A stretch of 64,000 nucleotides of DNA, taken from Octopus vulgaris. Its lineage: Eukaryota. The DNA is taken from positions 10,354,001-10,418,000 of the forward strand of contig OX597837.1 in NCBI GenBank assembly GCA_951406725.2, written 5' to 3'. Below, one piece after another: positions 40,005-52,381 of the stretch. A model generated the notes under the pieces. That model was not told the DNA's origin and ran no database searches. It worked only from the letters and a program-made list of their open reading frames with translations. The translations under genes and the position numbers were made by a program. Position 1 is the stretch's first letter. The number at the start of each line of letters is the position of its first letter.

Positions 40005-40842
40005 GGATCCTTTCGGTTTGAACGGTAGTTTTTTCTAGCGGTGTCATATGAAATTGTCACCCATAATTATGACCCTAGTATCGATCTATTGGATTTCAAT
40101 CTTTTTTAGAGTTAGGGTTAGGGGTGGGGAGAAGGGTATCTTTCTTTCTTCACAAATGTGAAGTTCAGGAGTGGCTGTGTGGTAAGTAGCTTGCTAACCA
40201 ACCACATGGTTCCGGGTTCAGTCCCACTGCGTGACACCTTGGGCAAGTGTCTTCTACTATAGCCTCGGGCCGACCAATGCCTTGTGAGTGGATTTGGTAG
40301 ACAGAAACTGAAAGAAGCCTGTCGTATATATGTATATATAAATATGTATGTATGTGTGTGTTTGTGTGTCTGTGTTTGTCCCCCTAGCATTGCTTGACAA
40401 CCGATGCTGGTGTGTTTATGTCCCCGTTACTTAGCGGTTCGGCAAAAGAGACCGATAGAATAAGTACTGGGCTTACAAAAGAATAAGTCCCGGGGTCGAG
40501 TTGCTCGATTAAAGGCGGTGCTCCAGCATGGCCGCAGTCAAATGACTGAAACAAGTAAAAGAGAAAAAGAGTAAACCCAATCTGTTTCTTAAACGAGGGA
40601 CATATTCATACGGCACAGAATGTTGTTTTTTTTTTTTACCTCAATGGACATCACTGATTGGTTGAAATTGCAGAAATTGAAGGAAAAATAAAACAACAAA
40701 TAGATACAAACTACAGAATTTTCTCAATAAAGCCAAGAGAAAAAGATGTTTTATAAACACATTCTACAAGTATACGAAGTTTAAATTTTTTTTAGTTAAG
40801 TGGAAATTATTTTAAAAACTGCCGTTCAAACCGAAAAGATCC
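40005..40842. mobile_element. MITE family M1 interrupted by a SINE A
   Basis: TIRs at 40005 and 40842; MITE sequence resumes with TAAACCCAATCTG after the SINE. Confidence 0.9.
40166..40572 (+). mobile_element. SINE family A nested in a MITE, close to consensus
   Basis: Family motifs. Confidence 0.9.
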
Positions 40843-41463
40843 CAAAATCGATCCAAATGCATGACTGGCATCTTGGCTTTATCGCCGCCCCCACTTGTAG
40901 AAGAAAAGCATAAAGCAAACTAATGTTTTGTTTTACTTTAAAGATATGCATACAAAATGACAGAGGGGGGGGGGCGAACAAGGACGAAACGCTTTGGTTC
41001 GTAAATGGGTCTGGTAAATCACGATGGCATGCGCATCAATGTTCGAAGACCTATTCATTCTGCAGCCGGTTGGATCAGGGCTGACCCGGTCCTAAACAAC
41101 AGCACTGCATAGAATAAGGGGTTTCTGAAAGAATCCACTAAACGCGCTGCCTAGTCAGCCATTACAGGCATCTCAACCGTATGGACGTCAAACACACTGG
41201 CCGCCATCAACATCATCACAAGTTTTTGAAGAACTGCGATGTGTGGGTTTACTTCCCAGCAAACATTGAAATTCGTTACTATGGTTTTCTCTCTTACCCT
41301 GCCCCCACACGCCTCTCCCATCATTTCTATACACACACACACACAAACATATATAAATATTCAGACAAGTGTCCGTTCTGCTTATATGCATGCATTTATC
41401 TATACATATATATATCTAAACAGACACACATCCATACACACATAAGCGTGTGTATGTATGTAT

Positions 41464-41768
41464 ATCACCGTGACCGACCAGGCTATCAGATGTTGCTATA
41501 CATCGCTGGTCACAATGCGCTTCGCATTGTTTCTTTAGCCTTCAAATGGCGCCACCCCGCTGGCTAAGCGAGCAGGCCGACAGAAGAAAGAGTGAGAGAA
41601 AGTTGTGGTAAAGAGTACAGCAGGGATCAGCACCTCCCCCTGCCGGAGCCTCGTGGAGCTTTAGGTGTTTTCGCTCAATAAACACTCACAACGCCCGGTC
41701 TGGGAATCGAAACCGCGATCCTACGACCGCGAGTTCGCTGCCCTAACCACTGGGCCATTGCGCCTCCA
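41464..41768 (-). mobile_element. tRNA-derived SINE family D, full length (possibly one of the octopus OR-type tRNA-Arg SINEs)
   Basis: Minus strand GGAGGCGCAATGGCCCAGTGGTTAGGGC...GGTTTCGATTCCC has clear A/B boxes followed by a ~230-bp body; family name not verified. Confidence 0.75.
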
Positions 41769-41786
41769 CATGTATGTATATATATA

Positions 41787-41948
41787 TTACTCATTTACTT
41801 GCTTCAGTCATTTGACTGTGGCCATGCTGGAGCACCGCCTTTAGTCGAGGAAATCGACCCCAGGACTTATTCATTGTAAGCCTAGTACTTATTCTATCGA
41901 TCTCTTTTGCCGAACAGCTAGATTGCGGGGACGTAAACACAACACACA

Positions 41949-41991
<43 letters not shown>

Positions 41992-42055
41992 GTCGGGCTT
42001 CTTTCAGTTTCCGTGTGGTAAGCAAGCTACTTACAACACAGCCACCCCTACGCCT
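41787..42055 (-). mobile_element. SINE family A, internally deleted
   Basis: Family motifs. Confidence 0.85.
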
Positions 42056-42067
42056 ATATATATATAG

Positions 42068-42134
42068 TTTATTTAAAACCAGCTGAAATAAACAAAAGCT
42101 GTTACTCAGTTTCACATTCCCGTTCGCCGGACGG

Positions 42135-42140
<6 letters not shown>
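42068..42140 (-). mobile_element. Degenerate copy of the hammerhead-bearing repeat
   Basis: Minus strand CCGT-CCGGCGA-ACG-GGAA-TGT-GAAA-CTGAGTA-ACAGCTTTTG aligns to 45867-45910. Confidence 0.7.
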
Positions 42141-42209
<69 letters not shown>

Positions 42210-43544
42210 CGCGCGCAAGCTTGTTTGTGTATGTCTCTTTACAACCAGCAGAAATGCATGCATACATTCCTATATACACAAATTCACACACATACATAAA
42301 TATATATACACACACATACATATAGATATATGCATAAACGCACACATATACACACACAAATTCATATATATACATATATATATGTGTGTGTGTGTATGTA
42401 TATGTAAACACACGCACACACACGACACAGAAATTCACATACGTACATACATATTTACAAACGCATGCGCAGACACGAACACACACACACATTTATATAC
42501 ATACACACGTGCACAAGTACGTAGGTGTTTCACATATACACCCGCGGAAGTGGTTTGGATGCCTACTAAAGAATTAGTTGAGAAAGAACTCAATAGGCAG
42601 TCGTAGGCAAAATGGCCGCGAGTGGGGACTTAAAGGGCAAGAACTTCGCTCGCCATCGACACGGTGACGGCTTCGGGTTCAATCACACCGCTCGGCACCG
42701 TGGGCAAGCGTCTTTTACAATAAACTTGGATCGATCGCACTAGCGCAGCTAGGGTGTGTGCCTTCCGTTTGCCAACCCCGGATCTCCCAAAGTGGGGCCC
42801 CTTTAAAAGTGATGCCCGAGACGTCCTATTTCCCACCCACCCACCCACCGTGATCGGCCAATGCTTTGTAAATGAATTAGGTTCACGATATTTAGGCCAT
42901 TCTATGACACCACCATGAAGGGGGGTTTTGTCGAATGGATCCACCCCATTGCCGATTTTTATATTTTTGTTTTGCTTAAGCCGGGCATTTATTCTATCGG
43001 TGTCTTTTGCCGAACCGCTACCTTACGAGACGTAAACAAACCGATACAAGCTGTGGCGAGGAACAAAGGCAAAAATACACAAAAACACACATACATAGGA
43101 CAGGCTTTTTCCAGTTTCCGTCTTCTAAAAACCACCCAATTTCGCCGGTCCGGGGCCAGGGTACTAACGTAGCGGAGTCTGAACCCGTAACCATGTGGAT
43201 GAGAAACTAAAACTTCCTACCAGGCAACTACGACCGGTGTGTGTGTGTGTGTCACAGACTTGTTACATTCTGTCACGCTACCGGAGAACTACGCGTCTGC
43301 GTAGAACTCAGCCACTTTCGCGCAAATCGCCATACTGTTGTCAAGCATTTGTAGGGAACGAACTCAAAAGTTCACACAGACAGAGATCCATAGACACACA
43401 TACATACAACAGGCTTCTTTCAGTTTCCAACCAGCATACAAAGATTTTAACCGCCCGGAGCCGAGGTAATAAACGTCGCGGAGGCCTGAACCCGGAACCA
43501 CGTGGATGGAAAGTAAAACTTCCCCAACAGGCAACCACGACCGA

Positions 43545-43575
<31 letters not shown>

Positions 43576-43967
43576 GCGTGCGTTTGTGTGTGTGTATATG
43601 TGTGAAATGAGCAAAGCGACCATAACTGTAAACGGTCCGTGTTATGGATTTGAAGAACAAAGACGAACGAACGCTATATTAAGTATAAGAGAGGAGATAA
43701 ACAGTTGATTTATTGTAATTATCTTAGCTTCCAGTGAAGGCAGATCAATCGCTTTCTCGCTACTGGTACCAAGCCCAATACGCGCAAAGAAACACACACA
43801 CACACATATATATACACACACACACACATATATATATACACACACATATATATATACACACACACACATATATATATACACACACACACATATATATACA
43901 CACACACATACACACACACACACACATACATATATATACACACACACACGTATATATTGATATATAT

Positions 43968-44042
<75 letters not shown>

Positions 44043-44289
44043 TACACATAGACAATATGCACAAACTTTTAGACATGCATATACATACACACACAAACAA
44101 ACACGTATGCACGTACGTATATAGTACTCAAGCACTCAGTGTTGTGTGTGTGTAAGTTGCAGAAGCTTTGTGGTTCCGAAAAATACGTGACCATTAGAAG
44201 AAATAGACGGAATCGATTTATTCGATTCCAACGTTCCAAAGCTTAAGCCCCAGCATGGCCGCAGTGGAGTGAAATATATACACCCACGT

Positions 44290-44329
<40 letters not shown>

Positions 44330-44374
44330 TTACCTGCATACACAAGAGAATACAAAAAAGTGTGTGAGTGAGTG

Positions 44375-44415
<41 letters not shown>

Positions 44416-44744
44416 ACACGCATCTACTCCGGCAGAGCTATTCAAGCATCGAATAGAATTCCGATGCATCGGCTCCAAGTTCAATTTCCATTGAGATCAA
44501 ATGTTTTCCATCCAATTGGGGGTCGATAAATAAAAGACCGATTCTGTTTTAAATGGAATTGCTACACCTCCCGATGGAATTCTTGGCGGTTCATCATATT
44601 AAGGGATTTTGCCAAAGGAGTGGCAGAAGGGAAAGTACATGTTTGGATTAGTTAACCTTTGATAACCTTTCACGAAAAGCCTGAACCGAAATGCTTTAAG
44701 GGTAAATACTCGGAGCGTCTTATAAATAGTGACAAATGCTAATT

Positions 44745-45072
44745 TGCGGCCATGCTGGAGCACCGCCTTTAGTTGAAGGAATCGACCACAGCACTTGGTC
44801 TTTGTAAGCCTGATACATATTCTATCGGTCTCTTTTGCCGCTACCCTACGGAGACGTAAACACACCAGCATCGGTTGTCAGGCGATCGTGGGGTGAGGTA
44901 CAAACACAGCCATACACATACGACGGGCTTCTTTTAGTTTCCGTCTACCAAATCCACTCGCAAGGCTTTGGTCGGCCCGAGGCTATTGTAGCAGACACTT
45001 TGCCCCCAAGGTGATACGCAGTGGGACTGAACCCGAAATCATGTGCTTGGTAAGCAAGCTACTTACCACACA
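44745..45072 (-). mobile_element. SINE family A
   Basis: Family motifs. Confidence 0.85.
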
Positions 45073-45690
45073 AGCGCTCAGCATTCTTTTTATTCCTTTT
45101 TCCTTTTTTTAAGAAAAAAACCTTTAAAAGATTCTCGAAGGTTACATAGATGACGTTATAAATAGAGGCAGGAAAAAATTGGGCCACTATCGATAGCTTT
45201 GAGTCAGTCGCGAAATTAGGGAGAGAAAAAAAACATTACTTCACGGTCTCTCGAAAGTTTAAGAAATTCTTATGATGTTATCACTGTATGGTGTGAGTGT
45301 TTTGCAGATGTATTCTTTTACTAGTTTCGGGTATTTTGACTGCGGCCCCGTTGGAGGATCGCCTTTAGTCGAACAATTCGACCCCGGGACTTTTCTTTGC
45401 AAGCTTAGTGCTTACTGTATCGGTCTCTTGTCGAACCGCTAACTTACGGGATTGTAATCACACCGACGCCAATAAGCAGGTTACAAGAATGCGACAAAAC
45501 CTTCGAACACTTCAGAATAGACAATATACTTATACAGAAATAAATGAATGAGATTACAGGACAACTCTCACTCAATCCCTCTCTTCATCTATCTCTCTAC
45601 GTGGATGTGTGTTATATATAATTATATCAATATTTTTCAAACTTTGAACTCAAATATTCTCGCTCACTCATCAATGCAGAAAAATGTATG

Positions 45691-45742
<52 letters not shown>

Positions 45743-45744
45743 TA

Positions 45745-45942
45745 TGCCGGAGTAAGCACATAAATGTGAAACAAGGTGGAAGGAAAGAGTACTCAAATAC
45801 CAAAGGTAGAGTAATATGCTTTATTTAAAAGCAGCAGAAATACAACAAAAGCTGTTTTTAACAAAACTGTCCGACGAACGAGAACGTGAAACTCCGAGTA
45901 ACAGCTTTTGTTATATTTCTGCTGCTTTTAAATAAAGCATAT
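45745..45942. mobile_element. Penelope-like pLTR-type fragment with inverted arrangement (arms 45814-45856 and 45900-45942)
   Basis: 42/43-bp inverted repeat enclosing a hammerhead-like core; inverted pLTRs carrying minimal type I hammerheads are typical of Penelope-like elements. Confidence 0.6.
45859..45913 (+). ncRNA. Type I hammerhead ribozyme-like motif with variant core (U4C)
   Basis: Stem I TAACAAAA-CTGT / ACAG-C-TTTTGTTA; core CCGACGA; stem II ACG-AGAA-CGT; GAAA; stem III ACT-CCG-AGT; GUA triplet with predicted cut after 45900. Confidence 0.65.
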
Positions 45943-45946
45943 ATAC

Positions 45947-46022
<76 letters not shown>

Positions 46023-46221
46023 TGCTATCTCGTTTCAAAGCAGTTTTTAGACATTGAGTTGAAACGTGACTTGGACAACACACATACGAACATGTATAGA
46101 CACACACACACATGCTACAGAAAGATGACAAAGATATCTGGATGAAAATAAAAATAGAAAAAAAAAGAAGAAAAGCACAAAGGAATGTAAAGAAGATTAT
46201 TAGCCAACAACCAAATATAAC

Positions 46222-46265
<44 letters not shown>

Positions 46266-46520
46266 TTTGTTCAGGCCAGACGTTTGGCTTTATAGAAATT
46301 CTTGTGCAGCCCTTATTGTCTTTCACACTTGTTTCCGTGTTACTAATATCAGTACAACTTCATCCACAACCACCAGCACATAATTAATCAGACTCCCCCT
46401 AATTAATTTCAATGCAATTATTAAAACTCTGTATAAATTGAAGCAACATTTATCCTTAATAAATAACCACACGCAAGCACACACACACACACATTCCACA
46501 GGCGTATAGTGATATGAAGA

Positions 46521-46557
<37 letters not shown>

Positions 46558-46822
46558 CTCTTTTACTTGTCTCGGTCATATGACTGTGGCCATGCTGGAG
46601 CACCGCCTTTTGTCGAGCAAATCGCCCCCAGGACTTTATATAAACTGAAGCATTAAAATTAATCAAGCGACATGCTAATCATGCCCACCTGCTGGAAATA
46701 ACAGTCGAAACGTATTTAAATCAGCAAAATGATAACTATACAAATCAATTTTTAAATAATTACACTAGTTAATAACAAAATTAATAATAACTTCGCAAAC
46801 TAATTTCTCGTGAATTGTTTAC

Positions 46823-46883
<61 letters not shown>

Positions 46884-47299
46884 TGCATGACTGGATGCGG
46901 TCAAAGCGAGACAATTCGGCTCTATTGTTAAACGCACCGTATAGGATGCTTCCATGGAAATATATACAATAAATGAAATAAGAGAGTACTCAGTCAACTC
47001 CACGTTCTCTTTTTCTCTCTCTCTCACTGTATACTCCCCCACTCTCTCTCTCTCTCTCTCTCCAAGTTCCAGCAAAACACACCGACACACACGAGTCGAT
47101 AATGTTCAATTTGTTATCACAGATTCCAGCGGAACTTAGTCCTTAACGTTTCGAGTTCAAATTCCTCCGAGGTCGGCTTTGTCTACCATCCATCCTTTCG
47201 GGGTCGACGAAACAAATACAAGTCGAGCAGACTGGGGGACGATCAATGTAACGCACCCCACTCAGAACTTCCTGGTCTTGTACCAAAATTTAAACCCGG

Positions 47300-47463
47300 C
47301 TTAACTTCGGTATAAGTACCGGAAGTACCGGATACATTTCAAGAAAGTGTTTTTTTATATATATATATATATATGGGGGGTTAGGGTTAGGGTTGTGGGA
47401 AAAGGGTTTATGTTATCTTCATAAATGTAAACAAAGTGACGTGTGTACCTATACCGAAGGATC
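47300..47463. mobile_element. MITE family M2
   Basis: Reverse complement of 29838-30025; contains GTTAGGGTTAGGGTT. Confidence 0.75.
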
Positions 47464-47689
47464 GCTTTTAAACCCAATTTTTTTCACAAGGTTTTCTTTT
47501 AGGCTATTCTACATCATACGAGGACGTCACCTACAAATCAAGAGCAAATTTCCCGCCAAAGCGTGCGCAATGAATTCGTGCCAACCCAAGGGTAGGTAAC
47601 CCATGTTAGTATATACGCTAGCTTACATTTAGTACACAGTTACCGTATCTGATGGCATCAAACTGTTATGGACATATTCTTCACTACGC

Positions 47690-48040
47690 TTGGCACAAGT
47701 CCCGAAATGTTTGTGGAAGGGGCCAGTCGACTAGACCGATCCACAACGGAACTGGTACTTAATTTATCGACCCCGAAAGGATGAAAGGTAAAGTTGATCT
47801 CGGCGGATTTGAACTCAGAACGTAATGACAGACGAAATACCTATTTCTTTACTACCCACAAGGGGCTAAACACAGAGAGGATAAACAAGGACAGACAAAC
47901 GGATTAAGTCGATTATATCGACCCCAGTGCGATGAAAGGCAAAGTCGACCTCGGCGGAGTTTGAACTCAGAACGTAACGGCAGACGAAATACCGCTAAGC
48001 ATTTCGCCCGGCGTGCTAACGACTCTGCCAGCTCGCCACC
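47690..48040 (-). mobile_element. SINE family B dimer with internal deletion
   Basis: Junction GAAATACCTATTTC at 47834-47847. Confidence 0.85.
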
Positions 48041-48273
48041 ATACTGTTGACATATTAGACGCACTTTAATTTCAGTCGAGCATATTCAAGGAACACAAGT
48101 TTCTGTTGCATTCAGACATGCAATAATTAAATAACTAAACAGGAAGTTGTAAAACATTGCGAAAGTACTTTAGTTGTAGCGGAAAAGATTAGTGGATAAA
48201 ATAAAGGGACTTAGCAGCACAGCTGACTATAGGAAAATCGTTATATTCATAATGTAACTTCCAAATACAAATC

Positions 48274-48684
48274 GGATCTCTTCGGTTTGAACGGCAGTTT
48301 TTAACATAATTTCTAGGTAACTAAAAAAATTTAAACTTCGTATACTGGTAGAATGTGTTTATAAAACATCTTTTTCTCTTGGCTTTATTGAGAAAATTCT
48401 ATAGTTTGTAAGATATATGTTGTCTTTTTTTTCTTCAATTACTACAATTTCAACCAATCACTGACGTCTATTGAGGTAAAAAAAAAAAAAAAAAACATTC
48501 TGTGCCGTATGAATATGTCCCTCGTTTAAGAAACAGATTGGGTTTATTTACATTTGTGAGGAAAAAAGATACCCTTCCCCCACCCATAACCCTAACCCTT
48601 AATCAGATTGAAATGCAATAGATCGATTCTAGGGTCATAATTATGGGTGACAATTTCATATGACACCGCTAGAAAAAAAACTGC
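48274..48684. mobile_element. MITE family M1 with perfect 8-bp TSD
   Basis: TACAAATC at 48266-48273 and 48685-48692 flanks GGATC...GATCC TIRs. Confidence 0.92.
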
Positions 48685-49299
48685 CGTCCAAACCGAAAAG
48701 ATCCTACAAATCTTGAAATTTTCAATAAATACAGGTACTTCTAGTAAACAAAATTTATATATGGACCCACAAATTACAATTTTTTACTCGTGGAAGCTTC
48801 TGTGGACATCGGTTGGGAACCCCTGCTTTACAGTGTCGATAAAAAATACTTGGAGGCATTTCTTCCTAAATCTTTCCATTGTTAGTTCAAATCCTCCTGC
48901 GGACGTCTTTGTTTTTATCCCCCTGGGATCGATAGAATTAGGCATTAGTCCAGTAACGAGTTCGATTTAATCGATTTATCTGAATCCCCTTTTCGAAAAC
49001 ACCGGCCCTGCGTCAAACTTTGAAACCATTTGGGGGCAGTGAGATGCCTCGCCGGACAAAATGCTAAGCGGCTATTATTCCGGTTCTTCACGCTCAAACT
49101 CTAGGTTGTTGTTTAGTATGGCATTCCCCCCACGACCACCACACACAATATCTATAATTAGATCTCACATTTTGTGAAGATCACCTGGAATCAACATATA
49201 TATTCTTCTTGTTGTTGTTATTATCATTATTATTATTATTATAATAATAAATGGACCAATTCTGAGGTTTCGCCTGTAATTGAAAAAGGTATTATAAAC

Positions 49300-49575
49300 G
49301 GAGAAAGGGGCTCTCTACCCCCCTTTTGACCAGACTCCCGTGGCTTTTATGGGGTTTTCCACGTGAGACCTTTTCTTATTTCGAAGCGTCTCCTCTGTTG
49401 GGAGTTTGGTAAAATGTTGAATTTGTTTTCGTTGTCATAAAGCTTGTTTACACGAACTTTTTTCTTTCGAAAAACGGACAAAACCTTTTGTAACCCTTCG
49501 TCCTCTTTTGTCCCTTTATGTTATCCAATCATATTTGTCAGCCCTTGTGGCCAATAAAAAGAATTAATTATTATT
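49300..49575 (+). mobile_element. LINE-like 3' UTR fragment sharing its tail with SINE B
   Basis: Ends TTGTCCCTTTATG...CAGCCCTTGTGGCCAATAAAAAGAA plus (ATT)n. Confidence 0.6.
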
Positions 49576-49866
49576 ATTATTACTATTTTTATTATTATCG
49601 AAAGCCTTGTAACGAACACACAAACACAAACAGAATAGGGTACGTATAGTATATATGTTTACTTTCCAATTTTATTAAACAATATAGTAAAGAGTATATA
49701 TATATATATATGCGTGTGTGTATATACACATACACATGTGTGCGTGAACTTCTGCATATACACTTGGATACAACTATACGCATTATACAAACATAGGTAT
49801 ACAGGCATATAAATATACACACACACACACACAAGCATCACTGACATTCCGTCGGTTACGACAAAC

Positions 49867-50287
49867 TATTTCTTTACTACCCACAAGGGGCTGCTAAACA
49901 CAGAGGGGACAAACAAGGACAGACAAAGGGATTAAGTCGATCATATCGAACCCAGTGCGTAACTGGTACTTATTTAATCAACCCCGAAAGGATGAAAGGC
50001 AAAGTCGACCTCGGCGGAATTTGAACTCAGAACGTAGCGGCAGACGAAATATCTATTTCTTTACTACCCACAAGGGGCTGCACACAGAGGGGACAAACAA
50101 GGACAGACAAAGGGATTAAGGCGATCATATCGACCCCCAGTGCGTAACTGGTATTTAATTAATCAACCCCGAAAGGATGCAAGGCAAAGTCGACCTCGGC
50201 GGAATTTGAATTCAGAACGTAGCGACAGACGAAATACCGCTAAGAATTCCGCCCGACGTCCTAACGTTTCTGCCAGTTCGCCGCCTT
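49867..50287 (-). mobile_element. SINE family B dimer inserted at the end of a SINE C
   Basis: Junction GAAATATCTATTTC at 50046-50059; GTCGGT[TC]ACGAC occurs on both sides (49851 and 50288). Confidence 0.88.
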
Positions 50288-50586
50288 GTCGGTCACGACG
50301 ACCGTTCCAGTTGATCCGTTTAAGGGCCTGCTCGTGAAATTAACTTGCGCTCCACAGACACGCGTCACACATGACGTAGATCTCGGTGATACTCAGGTGC
50401 GGCAGAGGTTGTGATAAGGCTGGACCCAGTTGAATTACAGGTACAACTAACTCATTTTTGCCAGCTGAGCTGACTGGAACAAAGTGAAATAAAAAAAAAA
50501 TACTTTGCTGAAGAGCACAAAGCGGCGCCGGGTATGGAACTCACGACCTTAAGATAGTGAATCCAAAACCCTAACCACTTCGCCAC
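50288..50586 (-). mobile_element. SINE family C, diverged
   Basis: Aligns by eye to 28411-28715. Confidence 0.7.
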
Positions 50587-50652
50587 TTGTCGCACTTCGC
50601 GTGCACATGCACATACGGATATACACTCTCTTTTACGGATATACACTCTCTT

Positions 50653-50883
50653 GCGGCGAGCTGGCAGAAACGTTAGCACGTCGGGCGAAATGCGTAGCCG
50701 TATTTCGTCTGCCGTTAAGTGTTCTGGGTTCAAATTCCGCCGAGGTCGACTTTGCCTTTCATCCTTTCGGGGTCGATAAATTAAGTACCGGTTACGCACT
50801 GGGGTCGATGTAATCGATTTAATCCCTTTGTCTGTCCTTGTTTGTCCCCTCTGTGTTTAGCCCCTTGTGGGTAGTAAAGAAAT
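50653..50883 (+). mobile_element. SINE family B monomer with 14-bp TSD
   Basis: ATATACACTCTCTT at 50639-50652 and 50884-50897. Confidence 0.9.
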
Positions 50884-50890
50884 ATATACA

Positions 50891-51284
50891 CTCTCTTTTA
50901 CTCTTTTACTTGTTTCAGTCATTTGACTGCGTCCATGCTGGAGCACCGCCTTTAGTCGAGCAAATCGACCCCGGAACTGATTCTTTGTAAGCCCAGTACT
51001 TATTTTGCCGAACTGCTAGGTGAGGGGAAGGAAACACACCAGCATCGGTTGTCAAGCAATGCTAGGAGGACAAACACAGACACACAAGCACATACACACA
51101 CACATATATATACATATATACGACAGGCTTCTTTCAGTTTCCGTCTACCAAATCCACTCACAAGGCTTTGGTCGGCCCGAGGCTATAGCAGAAGGCACTT
51201 GACCAAGATGCCACGCAGTGGGACTGAACCCAGAACCATGTGGTTGGTAAGCAAGCTACTTACCACACAGCCTCTCCTGCGCCT
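50891..51284 (-). mobile_element. SINE family A, near full length
   Basis: Family motifs. Confidence 0.9.
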
Positions 51285-52320
51285 AACACAAACACAAAAT
51301 TTTTCACTCACGTGGATTCACAGAAACGAGCGAATGTAGGGTAGTTGTAGAGGCTGGCATTATCAAACGTGTTAGTAGCCGAAGCCATTTTCAGCACCCC
51401 ACCCACGACCACCACCACAGAATCCATTGAGAATGGTTTTGATGGAGCCAATGCCATAAGAAAGGATACCTGGCCAAGCTGCCATGCACTGAGTGTGAAC
51501 TCGGCACCGTGCGCTGTCTGCGTGCTAACAGAGTGACGTCATAACTAAATTGGAATGGTAAGGCATGCCAAGTGGCACAATGTGCCAGGATGCCGCAGCG
51601 TGGAAAGTAGAACGGCACGGTTGAATGAAGTGGCAGCAAGTGCAGTATGGAAGCGGAGTGCAAAAGCGATGTGGTGTTCTATGCTATGTGGTCTAATGGT
51701 AACGGAATGGTATGCGAAATGGCACAGCCTCCAAAGCGTAGTGGTGGTGGTGGGTGATGTATAAGAGAAGGAGCAGAGAGTGTAAGGCGGAGCGGTGTGC
51801 TGTGTGAAGCGGAGTGGCACGGTGTGGTGGTGTGCAGAGAAGGGTGGAGGTGTGGTAGCATGTAAAACGAAACTAGTTAGACACGGTTGACCGGCGACAC
51901 GGTTGTAGGTTGTTGTACTAAAAAAAGACAAACATGCCTACAAGTGTGAACGGAGGTGGTGGCGGCGGCGGTGGTGGCGTTGGGGGAGGGGTGGGTTGCG
52001 GTTTATAAAGTCTATCCACACAGGGACCAAACACACACACACACACACACGTGCACATACCCATGGACATGTATGCAGGTACACAATACATGTACACACA
52101 TATGCATACATATACACACGCATATGTACATATGCATACATATATACACAAACGTGTACATATATATATACATACACACACGTCGTGTGCACATATATAC
52201 ATATGCACAGGCGTATATACTACACTCACATATACACACACAAACATATACATTCACACACACATATATATATATATATACATACACATATATATATATA
52301 TATATGCACATCCATACACA

Positions 52321-52381
<61 letters not shown>

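Noticed and set aside
41181-41567. 128-aa ORF with a complex N-terminus
   Set aside because: Runs through microsatellite into SINE D; no recognisable motif or convincing splice sites.
45814-45942. Long hairpin as a pre-miRNA
   Set aside because: The ~43-nt loop and a dispersed second copy are better explained by an inverted retroelement fragment containing a hammerhead.
46182-46195. GGAATGTAAAGAAG resemblance to miR-1
   Set aside because: Only a 14-nt match with wrong flanks and no precursor hairpin seen.
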